DNA of 64,000 nucleotides, taken from IMG/VR virus record IMGVR_UViG_3300014205_000188, positions 32,001 to 96,000 of that record; one strand, written 5' to 3'. The stretch comes from a virus. Taxonomy: Duplodnaviria; Caudoviricetes. The notes beneath the pieces were generated by a model, which did no database searches, was not told the origin of the DNA, and saw only the letters and a list, made by a program, of their open reading frames with translations. This document shows, one piece after another, positions 28,634 through 40,600 of the stretch (the first letter of the stretch is position 1; the number at the start of each line of letters is the position of its first letter). The position numbers and the translations under genes were made by a program.

Positions 28634-31035
28634 TGCCAGACACAATCCGGTATCTGGGTCGAGCACATCCCCATGGTCCGGGACAGACCCGTGGGGCTCT
28701 TCGTATCACTTCACTGAAGTCGAAGACCGATCTTGCTCGGATGAACCCGGATAACAACCCGGGGCTGGGTCTAGCTCGAGTGGTCACCATCGATTACGAA
28801 GGATTCCTGGTTACTTTGCGGACCATTTCCGGTGCCTCTCAGATGTTTCAGCGGGTTCCGGTGCCCTTGACTTTTCCTGGTGCCGGAGCCCGTCACTTTT
28901 TCGGTTCCATGCCCACTGTGGGGGACACTTGCATCATCGGTTGGATGCACCAAAGTTCCAGTGAGGGGAGCAACACAAAGACTCCCGTAATTCTAGGGTG
29001 GGTCGTGCCTGGTCTTTGGCCTGGTCGAGATTGGGTCACAACCGCTGAGATGCCTGCCGACGAATTTGACCCCGGTCATGGTGAGAGGAAATACTGGGAA
29101 GGTTCCTTTGACCGAGTACGTCACAAGCTTCGGCATCTTCAACCCGGAAACATTGTGGGGTCCTCGGCACAGGGTGCAGACCTTGTCCTTGACGAGGGTG
29201 TGACCCTCTCAAATCGTCGTGGCAACGAGTTCAAACTGAGGGACCAAGACCAGGCAGCCATTCTTCGGGCTCTGCAACAGTTCACGGCTCTGGCTGGTGC
29301 TCGGATCTATGCGGGGATGGTGCAACGAGACGCAACTTTCCTGCCCACCAAAGTGGTCTCGGATGGGAAACTCTGGGACGACGGCCTACAAGCCGCTGCC
29401 GGGTTACCTCTCCCGGACTCGGTTCTTCCCCCAGACCCGGATGCACCACGTGGCTATCTGACCCCGAGTGCAAACCTACATCGCAGCAGAGACGGTCAAG
29501 ACCTAACCCGCAGCTTGTTGCCCGTGAACCCTTACCTAGATCCCTATCAGTTTTTGAAACGAGGTGGGTTCCTAAACGAGTTCGGGTACGTGGTAGATGA
29601 CAAGCATCAGGCCGATGCCGTGTATGGGGGTAAACCTCTTTTTCGTGTGTCCTCTCAGGGTACCTCCAATGCGGTGACGAGCCCCGATATGGCCACGCTC
29701 ACGGAGTACCGACTTGAGGTGACGCACACATCCGACGGGCGTTTGCCAGTCACCGACCAGACGGACATGTTCGATGCCGAGCGCCTTCCGGGTCAGGATG
29801 CGGGGCAATCTCCTAACGTTCCTTTCATCGAATGGGTTTTGGGATCCGTGGTGGGGAATGACCCCTTCTCACAAGATGGGAGGCCCAAGTACGGGCTTCC
29901 CATGGTGGCTCGGGTCTTTGACGGTTCAACCCCCAGCCCTCGGCTAGAGGCCGCAAGATTGGCCCTTGTGGGGGGAGGGGCGAACCCAACGCCCATGGCA
30001 GAGCAAGCTGCCACGTTGTTTCGACTGACGCCTCCCGGTGGCGGGGATACCACTTTCGTGTCCTACAACAAGAAGGGTCAGTTGAGAGCCTCCATTGGTG
30101 GGGATCCCGAAGGGATTGCCGCTGAGGTGTTTCTGAACGGTGGGTTGAAGCTGGGGATCCTTGGTGGGATGCAACTGTTCCTAGCGGGGGAGACGTCTTT
30201 TGGTACCTCGGGCAAGGCCACCATGTCCGTGGGGTCGGAAAAAGGTGGGGTGAGGATTTTTGGTGGCGGTTCCATGCAAGGAACAGAGTCCGCCCAGGAG
30301 TCACTGATCGGAACCGACGGTGGAGCAGGGGACAGTCCCGCTGTGGATATTGAGGCCGCCACCAACATGCGTCTCAGGGCTCAGAAGAAGGTTCTTGTCA
30401 AGGGGCAGCATGTGGAGGTCAATGCCTCCCAAATCAACCTGTTGGGGCATGACTCCATATCCGTTGATGGTGTCCAAAGGACCTCCATCTCCACCGAGAG
30501 TTTTCAGTTGTCCGTGAATGGGAAGAGTCAGGAGAGTTACGGTGGCCCCAAGTACATGCTGCCGACCAATTTTCCTCTTCATGAGAGGACCTACGCCCCG
30601 TCTTTGCCAGGTTACGTGAGTGAAAAGGTCACCTACATCGCAGGTGACCGGGAAGAGACTTTCAGGTTGGGTAACCACAAGACCACGGTCTTGGTAGGCA
30701 ATTTACAGTACGAAACAGATCAGGGCACTTGGTCTGCTCGAGCAGTGGGTAGCCACCTCAAGATGGGGACCAGCGGAATTGAGGGCACGGCACAAACGGG
30801 GACCATCACACTGACGGCCAATGCCGGTGAGGCCTCCATGACAGGCGTCTCCGTCAGTCTGGTAGCGACGGGTGGTGTTGCGACCCTCAAGGGAACCTCT
30901 GGGGTATATTTGGGTGGTCCCGTTGTGGGTCCAGACTCCGGGCCTCTGATTTGTGCTGGTTCTCTTGACCCCTTAACAGGACTCCCTTTTGGGACATGGG
31001 GCATGGGGGCAAAGAACCACATCGTCGGGAGTTGA
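28630..31035 (+). CDS. Central spike (gp5/gpV-like), 801 aa
   Basis: N-terminal OB-fold-like segment (ARVVTIDYE...GSMPTVGDTCIIGW); Gly/Ser/Thr-rich beta-helix-like C-terminus; follows the hub. Confidence 0.7.
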   Translation: MMPDTIRYLGRAHPHGPGQTRGALRITSLKSKTDLARMNPDNNPGLGLARVVTIDYEGFLVTLRTISGASQMFQRVPVPLTFPGAGARHFFGSMPTVGDTCIIGWMHQSSSEGSNTKTPVILGWVVPGLWPGRDWVTTAEMPADEFDPGHGERKYWEGSFDRVRHKLRHLQPGNIVGSSAQGADLVLDEGVTLSNRRGNEFKLRDQDQAAILRALQQFTALAGARIYAGMVQRDATFLPTKVVSDGKLWDDGLQAAAGLPLPDSVLPPDPDAPRGYLTPSANLHRSRDGQDLTRSLLPVNPYLDPYQFLKRGGFLNEFGYVVDDKHQADAVYGGKPLFRVSSQGTSNAVTSPDMATLTEYRLEVTHTSDGRLPVTDQTDMFDAERLPGQDAGQSPNVPFIEWVLGSVVGNDPFSQDGRPKYGLPMVARVFDGSTPSPRLEAARLALVGGGANPTPMAEQAATLFRLTPPGGGDTTFVSYNKKGQLRASIGGDPEGIAAEVFLNGGLKLGILGGMQLFLAGETSFGTSGKATMSVGSEKGGVRIFGGGSMQGTESAQESLIGTDGGAGDSPAVDIEAATNMRLRAQKKVLVKGQHVEVNASQINLLGHDSISVDGVQRTSISTESFQLSVNGKSQESYGGPKYMLPTNFPLHERTYAPSLPGYVSEKVTYIAGDREETFRLGNHKTTVLVGNLQYETDQGTWSARAVGSHLKMGTSGIEGTAQTGTITLTANAGEASMTGVSVSLVATGGVATLKGTSGVYLGGPVVGPDSGPLICAGSLDPLTGLPFGTWGMGAKNHIVGS

Positions 31036-31041
31036 TCTGCT

Positions 31042-31650
31042 ATGGCCTTGACAACGGATCTTCTCTATGGGTCTCTCCTGCAGGCGAGAACCTCCGGTGC
31101 CCATGCGCTCTTGGGGGTCAAGTATGAGGACCTCGCCCGCGGTTTTGCGAATGCTTTTTTGCTTTGGTCTCAGTCTCCTACCAACCTAGCCCTTGCAGGT
31201 TACTCGACGGGGCTAGCAGGAACGGGTGGGATCGTTACAACCATGAGCAGGCTAACGATCCCACTGAATGTTTCAGCCATGCTTTCTGCCCTATTGGGCG
31301 CAGGAGTAGGAGGCCCACAGGCCTCCTCTCTTGCCACAGTCATGACATCGGGTGTGGCTTCCTGCCTCAACCAATACGGTCAGTATGCAGGCGTTTCCAC
31401 TGGTGTTGGGTCTGGGTCCGACGTGTCCACTTTTACGGTACTCAATGCCGCCTCCCTGACGGGTATTCTGACCATGACCTGGTCGTCCATTTTCGGGACC
31501 TTGGGGGCAAGCATGCCAATGATGGCTCGAGGTTTGAGTGTCGGGGTAGCCCAGTTGTTGGCTTTGGGTGTGGGCAATGCCCCCGTTCTTGGTGTAACGT
31601 CCGTGCCCCCTCTCGCCGCGGTGGGAACCACAATGTCTAGGGTGGTGTGA
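31042..31650 (+). CDS. Gly/Ala-rich virion protein, possibly spike-associated
   Basis: Within the coupled operon directly after the spike; two similar hydrophobic halves. Confidence 0.5.
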   Translation: MALTTDLLYGSLLQARTSGAHALLGVKYEDLARGFANAFLLWSQSPTNLALAGYSTGLAGTGGIVTTMSRLTIPLNVSAMLSALLGAGVGGPQASSLATVMTSGVASCLNQYGQYAGVSTGVGSGSDVSTFTVLNAASLTGILTMTWSSIFGTLGASMPMMARGLSVGVAQLLALGVGNAPVLGVTSVPPLAAVGTTMSRVV

Positions 31651-34600
31651 TGGATCCCTCTTTTTCAGGTCATGTTCTCAGGGGCACAACCCTTGCGCCC
31701 AGTAATGCTCCCACCACCGGGGAACCAGAGACGGGTGTTCTTCGTGGTTTGGAGACCGTGCCCTCGGCTTTTCTCTATGCCACCGAAGCCCCTGACTTTG
31801 TAGACGTGGATGCAGAAAGGTACAGGGCTGGTGTCCTTGAGGCTCCGGGGACCACCCCCGTCGAGTATCTGGTCTGGGCCCAGAATTCAGCCTCCCTTGC
31901 TTGGGTCGAGAATCCCGACTGGTGGCTTGAGGACGGAACAGCCACTTTTGTCCCAGGCTCTTTGAATGTGACACACGCCATTACGGGCGACGTCCTAACC
32001 GACGGGTCCACCCGGTGTACGGTTTTGGACGGTGGTGTTAGGTCCTTGGGTTCTGTTTTAGCCCTTGTGATCGCCAGAGGGGACGTAGAGTACGACGACA
32101 ACGGCTGGAAGAACCCAGAAGTTGTGGACCCCTCTTTGTCCCCAGGTGGAGAACCCAGAAAAGGCGATCTGCCCTTTTTGACCCTCGTGGTTCTACCAGA
32201 GAACACAAATCTTGTGTCAGGGCAAGTGTTTCTCACGGACTCTCAGTTGGCCTCGTTGGGCGGTGGTTTTTCCCCCCTGCGTGGCGACCAGGTAGTCACG
32301 GTCCGCTATACACTGGCTCCGTCTAAGTTCTGGTGGACACGAAATGACAGGTACGAGACTCGGTTTGGATGGAACGGGGTCACCAGACGTTGGGGGCCCT
32401 ACAAGGGGAGTACACCCACGTTGTTGGGTTTGGTGCAAGAGAACCAGACTTGGACGCTGAATCCGCCACCTAAAAGTCTGCCCGTCGGGTCTTATCTGCC
32501 GGGGGACTCTTTGTTCCCGGATCGTTACTCCATGTTGCGGGTGGGCTTGACCCCGGGGGCAAACAGTGTCCCCTTGGACTCCGTGCGGGTCAAAAGTGAC
32601 GCTGAGGTGGAATCCTTCGACTTCACCTTGGATCCTAGTGCTTTGGCGGTGGTGGGGCAGGCTTCGGGCAAGTTGGTACTCAGCCCCTCTTTTCTGACGG
32701 GCCATCTGGGGCAAGCCCTTTGGTTCTCCCCTAAGAGTTTCAGCCCCGACTCCAAGGGTGACCTGGGACTCATGTTGGGAGCAGATACCACCCCGCTCTA
32801 CCTGTGCCCCGTCCCGGGTCCCACTGACCACCCGATGCTGCACTTTGGCAACAGAGCACCCTTGACCCCTGTTTTGTTGGCCACGGATCTGGCACTGGAC
32901 TCTCTAGTTGCCGTGTTGCCCGGAACGGTTGCCATCTCCATGTCCACCGGGAAGTTGCGTTTTTGCCCCGAGGACCTCTACCGAGCAGACCCGGCACGAC
33001 CAACCTTCAGCAAACATTTTCTAGGCGAGAGAGTCTATTTCAGGGGCACCGCTTTGAATGCCCAGCCCCAGCCAACCAGGGCTCCTGTGCGTTTGTTGGA
33101 CGAGTCAGGCGACCCCGGTGTAGCTACCAGTTCCGAGCTGTACATTCCTGATGGGTACACTCTAGCCCGAGAGTTCCTCTCCTTGGATCCAAGAAGAGGT
33201 TTGGGTGTGTCCGGTGTTCTGGACCTTCCCGATGGTACGGGGACGGTACCCAATTCCCCGGGGACAGAGGCGTCACTCCGTCCTGGTGGAGACACCGTTG
33301 GGGCCCAGAATTTGGGTCGAGTGAGGAGTGTTCTAGCCCCTTTTGGCGATTCCTTCCTGTTTACCCGAGGCGGAGCCCTTGAGGCTTTGGACCTGGTTCT
33401 CCTGGCTAAGAATCTCCCCTCGAGTCGTAAGATCAAGGGTGGTCGTGCCTCCGTAGCCCAAGAGAAGAGCACCTTTGGGTCCAAGGCAGTCATCGGTCGA
33501 GCGGACCGCAAGAAATTTGGGGCCCAAGCGGTCTACTTTTTGCAGGCTGCTCTGACCCCTGCCTTGTACACAGAGACCCCTGTCCTGTATTCCAGGGTTC
33601 GAGATCTGTTTAGGTTCTCGGGAACTGAGGTCTTCCACTTTGCGTTGGACGGTGTGGCCTATCAGTGGTCTGCTAGTGCCTTAGACCAGTCGGTTCCATA
33701 CTTCACGGCTGAGGAGGTCGCCTCATCCCTTCAGACCTCCACCGTGCCAGCTCTTCCGGGTGGGTCTTGCTCAGGGTTGGGGGGTCGAGTTGGGTTGCAT
33801 GGCATCACGTCGGTGGAGATCGGGTATGGGCTAGGTGGGACTCTTGATCTTTCTGGCTGTGCCTCTTTGGGTTTCCTTCCCGGTTGGCGAGCTGAGTCTG
33901 GTGTCCCAAACTGGCTCCCCGACTCAGGAGTCTCATTGGGGTTGCATCGGAGCCCTCTGAATCTGGATCGCAGTTCCGCAATCCCGGACTTCAAGGCTGT
34001 AGATCGGGTGACCGACCTGGTGCTACAGGAAAACGTCACGTCCATGCCTTTTGTCTTTTTGGACCAGGCCCCCTTGCAAGATGTCGCAGGGTTTGACGTG
34101 GATGTTTTCTTCTACCTTCGCTCTTTGACAGTTGACGGGGATGAAGTTTCCTACCAGCAGAAACCCCTCGAGCATTACCAGGACATCGTCCATCGTTTTG
34201 CGGACAGGAAGTTCGACTGGGTGGAATGGCTGTCCAACGATGTCACCCTAGGTCAAAAAACATCCACCTTGAATTTAGGTGGTCCGAACCTTGTACCCGA
34301 GTCCTATGCCGTCGGCGGTGGTTTGTCCGTAGCTGAGATGGGAGGTTATCTCCAGGATGCTGGAGTCAACGAATACATTCTGCCTCAACAGGGTGTGCCC
34401 GGCATTGCTACTTTGGTGACTCGTTACGGAGCATCCGTTGCCTCTGGGTCCAGGGGGCAAGTCACAGGATCCTCCGTTTTTTCTGACCCTGATGCCCACT
34501 TCCTAGCCTCCGGTGTGCAAGCTGGGTTCAAGCTCCAGTTGAAGAGTGGAGACCCCGCTGGGTTTTACCGGGTGGAGGAGGTGCTAGGAGAGACTCAAGT

Positions 34601-37600
34601 TAGGGTTGCCCCCGAAATGTTGTCCTCCAGTGTCCCATTGACTTGGGAGCTATATACGGGGTTCCCGGCCTCCGTCTTTGATCCCTCGCTGGTGGCTGAT
34701 GTCCAGTACAAACCGTTTCAACATCTGCTGACGGATCCATTCACAGTCCGAGTCTTGCACCCAATGGGTGTAGTCCTCGCCTCTATGACGGATCGTCCCC
34801 ATGCGGATCTGACCGAGGCTCTGATTTTAGGTCGAGATCTGGAACTTCGTTTTGGGTTGGTACATCAGAGTGGGGCGACCGTCACCCCGTTGGCCGAGGC
34901 CCACGAGTTGGGCGGGTTGGCCAACGACGTGTTGGTGCTGGAGGACTCAACACGGGTGGATCAAGGTTCCTTTGCTCTTCAAATCGGGACCGAGGTGTTC
35001 TCTGGTTCCGAGCTGGTGGGTGTCTCCAATTTCAGCCCCGTGGTGATTGGGGTTGAGTATCTGACGCAAAGCTGGCTGGGGTTGCCCAAGGGAACCCTTC
35101 GCTTCAGCTCTGGGATCTTGTCCTCTCTGAGTGGGGCCAGCGTCTTCTATCGCGAGTTGTTCCGAGATCCTTCTGCCTTGACCTTGACAGAAGCTGAAAT
35201 TGACTCGGGAGGTTACTTGAATCTCTCGAGTGTGGCCATGACCACCTATGCAGGCCAGTCCCTGTATGTGGCTGAGCGCTTGGTGACTGAGAATCACCGA
35301 GACGTTCATACCAGCCCCCAGTCAGGATCTTTTTCCCCCAATGCCCCGCTGAAAAGGGGTTCCATCATGGAGGTGGAATACTGGAGGGCAGACTTGGAGG
35401 GTCGGCGTATTGGGGACAAGGTGGTGGAGTTCCTTCCCGTCCGGGTGCGCAAAGAAACAGCTACCAGGACATCTGCGAATGTCTACCAGTTCAATTCAAC
35501 CGCACAGACAGTGGTTTCTTCCTCCGATCCCGACGTATGGGTCGGAACACTTCTCCAGAACTTTGGACGGACGGACTTCCTGATTGACTACCCCTCGGGA
35601 TGGGGTGGCAAGGGGCGGATCACCTTCACGGGGAAGTTGGTCGACGCTACCTCTCCGGTGAGCGTTTCCTATTCGGTTCTGGAGGCTCAGGGTGGAGAAC
35701 GTTCCTACGCCGTGAGTCAACAGAATGTGTACAGTCCCCCATTCTACGTGAAGGCTAGTCAAAGTCGTTTTGGTCTGCGTGGAAATCGCACCGCTGACTT
35801 TGTGAGCGGACAGTTGTTGCGTATCGGCGAGGACTGTTTCTACGTTAAGGGTCTCCGATACTTCCCTGCAAGTGGCACTGGGGGCGACGTCACAGAAGTT
35901 TCCTTCTACCCTCCAACGACCACTGAGGTGGGCAGTCGTTCTCCGGGTAATGACGTGTTGACCTTGATCACGGACAGGCCCCTGACTCCAGTGGTTGACC
36001 CCGACGGGTTAGCCCCTTTGAACACGACTGCGGATGCGGGGTTGATGTCAACCCTGGACATCAACCTGTTCCCCTTTGAGAATGTGGCTCGGGGACAGAA
36101 GACGATTCAGTTCAAGGGTGACCTTTTGGCCTTTGCGCTCCCCGGCCACATCTTGGAGCTTGGTGGTTGCCCCTACACAGTGGCCTCTTCGGGCCTAACC
36201 CCGGATGGGACAGGAACTTGGGTGACCGTGACAGGAAGTTTCGGCCGTGCCTTTGATGTCCTCACGTCTCCCACTTTGAGACTGTCCTATCGTCCCGTGT
36301 ATCCACCGAGCACCCGAGACTTTATGGGTGTGGGTCCAGTTCTAACCACTGAACCCGTGTTCCTAATCCTTTTTGGAGACACCCAGAACGGTGTTGAGAT
36401 TCCGGGTCGTTTGTTGGTTCCTGGGGTTGACTATTCTTTGGCCTGGGACTCCGGGGCCCTTTCCCTACTGTCACCATCTCGAGCACCATTGTCCGAGGGT
36501 CAGAGTTTGGTGCTCCTCTACACGCAAACCAGGGCCATGCAGCCCCAGATGCGTGGTGGGGTCCTCGTCAATCCTCGTTTTCATAGCGAGTTCCTGGCTG
36601 GAACAAGTCCGTCAGGGGACAATGGCCGATTGGGTGCGACCTTGTCGGCCACCTATACCTTTGCTAGCCCGGACAGCTTCTATTTCCGAGCCGTCAAATT
36701 GAGTCAGTTCATGGGTGAGGTAGCTCAGGAGGCAACGCAGGAAATCACGGCCCAACGGCCTGCGGGGTCTTTCAATACCTCCATCTCTGGTACTCAGAAT
36801 TGGAAGCAAGGTGTGTTGGGGCCCAAGGCTCGACGTCAACATCTGCATGACGTTGACCGCGTGGCTCGTTCTTTCCTTTCCTTCTACAATGACGCCACAT
36901 CTGCTTTTGAGCAGGTCCAAGAAACGATCTCTGGTGGCTTTGTTGGCGACAGAGACGGTAAATTCCGGTTCTGGGTAGGACGAGATGCCAACTACCCTAC
37001 CCCAGGCTATGAGGATGCTATCACGGGTGTCCTCAATCCTCGTTTCGTTTGGTCTGATGTGATGAACGCCGATCGTTCAGTGCCACTTTTCGTGGGACCC
37101 GAAGATTGGGTTGTTTCTCCCAAGTCAGCCAAGTTGGTGGACTCCGAGTTGGAAGGGACTTTCCTCGACCCCTCCAAACTGGCTACCTTGATCTCAAGCC
37201 AACAAAAGCTCGTCCGAAACGATGTGGATGACCAGGTTCTGTTGCGTCTAGGGAAAGCCACCCCCCGGCGCATCCCCCAGATGCCTTACTTTGAGTTTCG
37301 GGCTCAAGGTGTTACGGGATGCATGTCCGATCAGCATGGTCTCTCTCGCTTGTTCCCGACACAGACCAAGGCTTTTTTCCGCACCCTTCCTGGTGCTGGA
37401 GCCCAGTTGGAGAGTGGCGGGGCTTTCTCCCCCGGGGTCTACACATCGGGACGAGAGATTGCAGGTCAGTGGGCTCGCACCACTGGCCAACAAATCGGGC
37501 AACTCAGCAATCCGGCCATGGGCCCGATTGAAAATGTCAGCTCGGCCAACTTGACCGCTCGACGGGCTCGGGCCCGTATCTGGGGCTACTTCCCCGAGGG

Positions 37601-40600
37601 TCTCCCAGCGGGGGCTTTTGACGGGGGGCTTTCTCCCGCTGTCAATGTGCCTTGTCTCATTGTCAGTCCTCTCCTGTTGAGTTCTCTCCCCATTGACCCG
37701 GAGACTGGATTCCCCGACGACTCTCAGTTTTTGTCCCAAGGTGGAGATTTGGGGGATGCCCTTGCAGGGGATCCTGAGTTGTCCGTTCCGGGTTTCCAGG
37801 TAGGGGATCAAGTTCTGTGGGGCAAGCCCGACGGATCTTTCTTGGGTGCCTTCACCACGATGGAGGATACAATCTGGGGGACGGTCACCAAGACCTCGGC
37901 CTTTGTCAACTCTGTGGTCTATGGCTGTGTGCTGACATTTCAAGATGCAGACGGTGTTTTGATCTCAGACCCCAACGATCTGCTCGCCGTCGATCTTCCC
38001 GCTCACATGTACCCCTTGGAGAAAGGTGACACAGTACTGGCCATCTCACCTACCGGGGGTCGAATGACACAACCCTCGGCCTTGGCCACAATGCCCACCA
38101 TTGAAACGATGCGGGATTCCGCCTTGCGCATGGAGTCTTACCGCTCTGGAGTGGACCTTGGGATTCGAGGGGACGGAAGCCTTGTGGACCGGTCTTTGCC
38201 GTCTTTGGCCGACCATCACTATTTCCCGCTGAAAGAGATGACGGGTCAGAATCCCCCTGACCCCATGTCGGCTCTGGAGGGTCCGGTGGAGTTTCTCTAT
38301 CAGGATGTGAACCCTTATCGGTTCCCCGCCCTTTCTGGCGGTCTGGTAGATGACTCAGGGGACACTGCAATCCCCTATCTGAGAATTGGAAACACTGAGA
38401 TTGATCGCTTTGGCGAGATCACCGTCGGTGTAGCCGAGGCCATTCAGGCTCGCAGTGGTACCCCTCCCGACCTTGCCGTCTACCCGGATGAGATTCGGGG
38501 GTTGGATGGACTTCTTATCGGTGGGGCACTGACGACAGCTTCCGACTTCACCCCGGTTGCCAATGGGTCCACGGACCTGGGTGTGGGTGACGTTCGGCCC
38601 TACGATCTCCTCTTGGTGCAGACCCCTTACCCTGGCGTGGACCCTAGTTTCACGGGTCCCTCTGGCTTGATTCAGGGGCCACACGGCTTGCTTAGCGTGG
38701 GGAGTGTGACAACATCGACCGTGTCCCCTCCTCGGTTTATCACCCCTACTGCGGCCCCTCCCGGGGGCACCACTGACACTGGGGATGGTGTTCGCTATCG
38801 GATGTCAAATGCCATTGTATATGCTGATGGCATATACCCAGTGGACCCACAAGCGGTACCGACTCCGGGTGTGATCCTCATTGAGGATCACAATGTGGGT
38901 CTGACCATTTTGGATCTCTCTGACGTGCCTCTCGCCCTTAATAATGGTGAGACTATCGGAGTTGGCAATCTGAATGACATCTACGCATCGGGTGTTCCTA
39001 TTCAACTGAGAGTGATTGCACGTCCTGACCCGTCTATTCAGTATGGGCCCGCAGGGGCTAATCCTTTGCCCTCCCTCACGGGTGGCGTTGAGATCCTTCG
39101 GATCCTGATCCGTAATGGTTCGGTCTACCTTTGGACCTATCAGGATGACCCCACGCTTGTACCCCCAGCCTCCATGGTGATGGGTTCAGCCCCTGTTTTT
39201 GGCACCCAGACGACTCCTGTTTTGCCTGTCCTGGATAACAGACAGATCCATCTGCCCATGATAGGGCTCCTCCCCTGGACCCCAGGAGCCCCACCTTGGG
39301 GTTGGAGTCGAACCAACTGGTTCCTTCCCCATACTTTTGTGGGTGGTGTCTTCACATCCCTTTACGGGTTCGAGTTCCTAGTTGACCTGGATGCCCGGGG
39401 CTTTGACGCTTGGGCCCCAGCTCCTCCTGCATGGCACTCTGCCACAGCATGGCTGGACTCGGATCGCATCACCTTTCATGAAATCTGTGACCTTAGGTAC
39501 ATGGGACTCAGGGGGGAGACTCATCCGCTCAACGCCAACCTGAGTCTAGAAACCACTTTGGTTGTTTCCGAAGTTCAGACGGGGTTGACAGCAGCCACCA
39601 AGTACTGGTCCTCCGTCAATGCCAAGATAAATGGTTTGGTTGGTGTTGATCCTATCCCTTTGACTTTCTTGGCTCAGGGGACATGGGCTCCTCGAGTGGG
39701 TGCTTTGACGGAGCGTGGGTCCTTAGCTGTAGAGGCTTTTGAGGGCTGGGACAATGCCCCTATCTCCGGGGCTGACATTGCTTTTTCTGCGGTGCCATCC
39801 TGCTCCTATGGCAAAGCCAGCACTCTGGAGATTTGCAAAGGTTCGGGACTAACGGGCAGTCGGGTCAGTTCCCTTTTGGTCGACACCACCCAGGTTGATA
39901 ATCGTGTGACTGGTGTGGCTCTGACGGAGGGGGGCTTGGATCAGATAGTTTCTGGGGACTTGCTGATCATTGACGGTTCTACCCACACCACCTCTCCTGG
40001 CTCTCTTCACTGTGGCACATACCTCGTTCGTCATGCGATTGTTCCCAATGCGGGGAACAATCGTCTAGAGTCACCACACTCACAATTAGGATTGGGTGGG
40101 TGGTGCTCAGTGCAATTCCCAACTGTGTTGGGGTACAACCTTGGAACCCACACCCTGACTACTTCTCACTTGGCTCCTGCCCCAGGTGGCCCCTTGGTGG
40201 GAACCATTCACTCCGGTTTTGCCCTCCCAGGGGTCAATACTCGTGTCTTCATTCTTTGTGACCCCACAAGCCTAGCCTCAACGGATGAGTCGAAATTTAG
40301 GCATGCCGTGATCAGCGGACTGTACACGTCGATCACTGAGTTCTCAGGTCAGGGATCCTTCGCACTTAGTGACTACAGGGATGCCTATGGGGACCCGATC
40401 ACCGAGTCCCTGTTCCAGAGTTTGGCTCTGGTAGGTACCTCCGTTTCTGGCATGGTATTTCTACCCGTGCGGGTTTCCGGTTATGGGTTGCCCGAGAATA
40501 ACTGTGTTGGTTTTGACGACGGTGTCAACTCGATTCATGGTTTCCAGCGCCTGACCATCACTCCTCCTGATTATCTGAGCCTTTTTGCCACCGGGTCCGA

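Noticed and set aside
36558-37046. Short direct repeat (TCAATCCTCGTTT) twice in the 3742-aa gene
   Set aside because: About 13 nt encoding NPRF; too short to indicate a template/variable repeat or recombination site.
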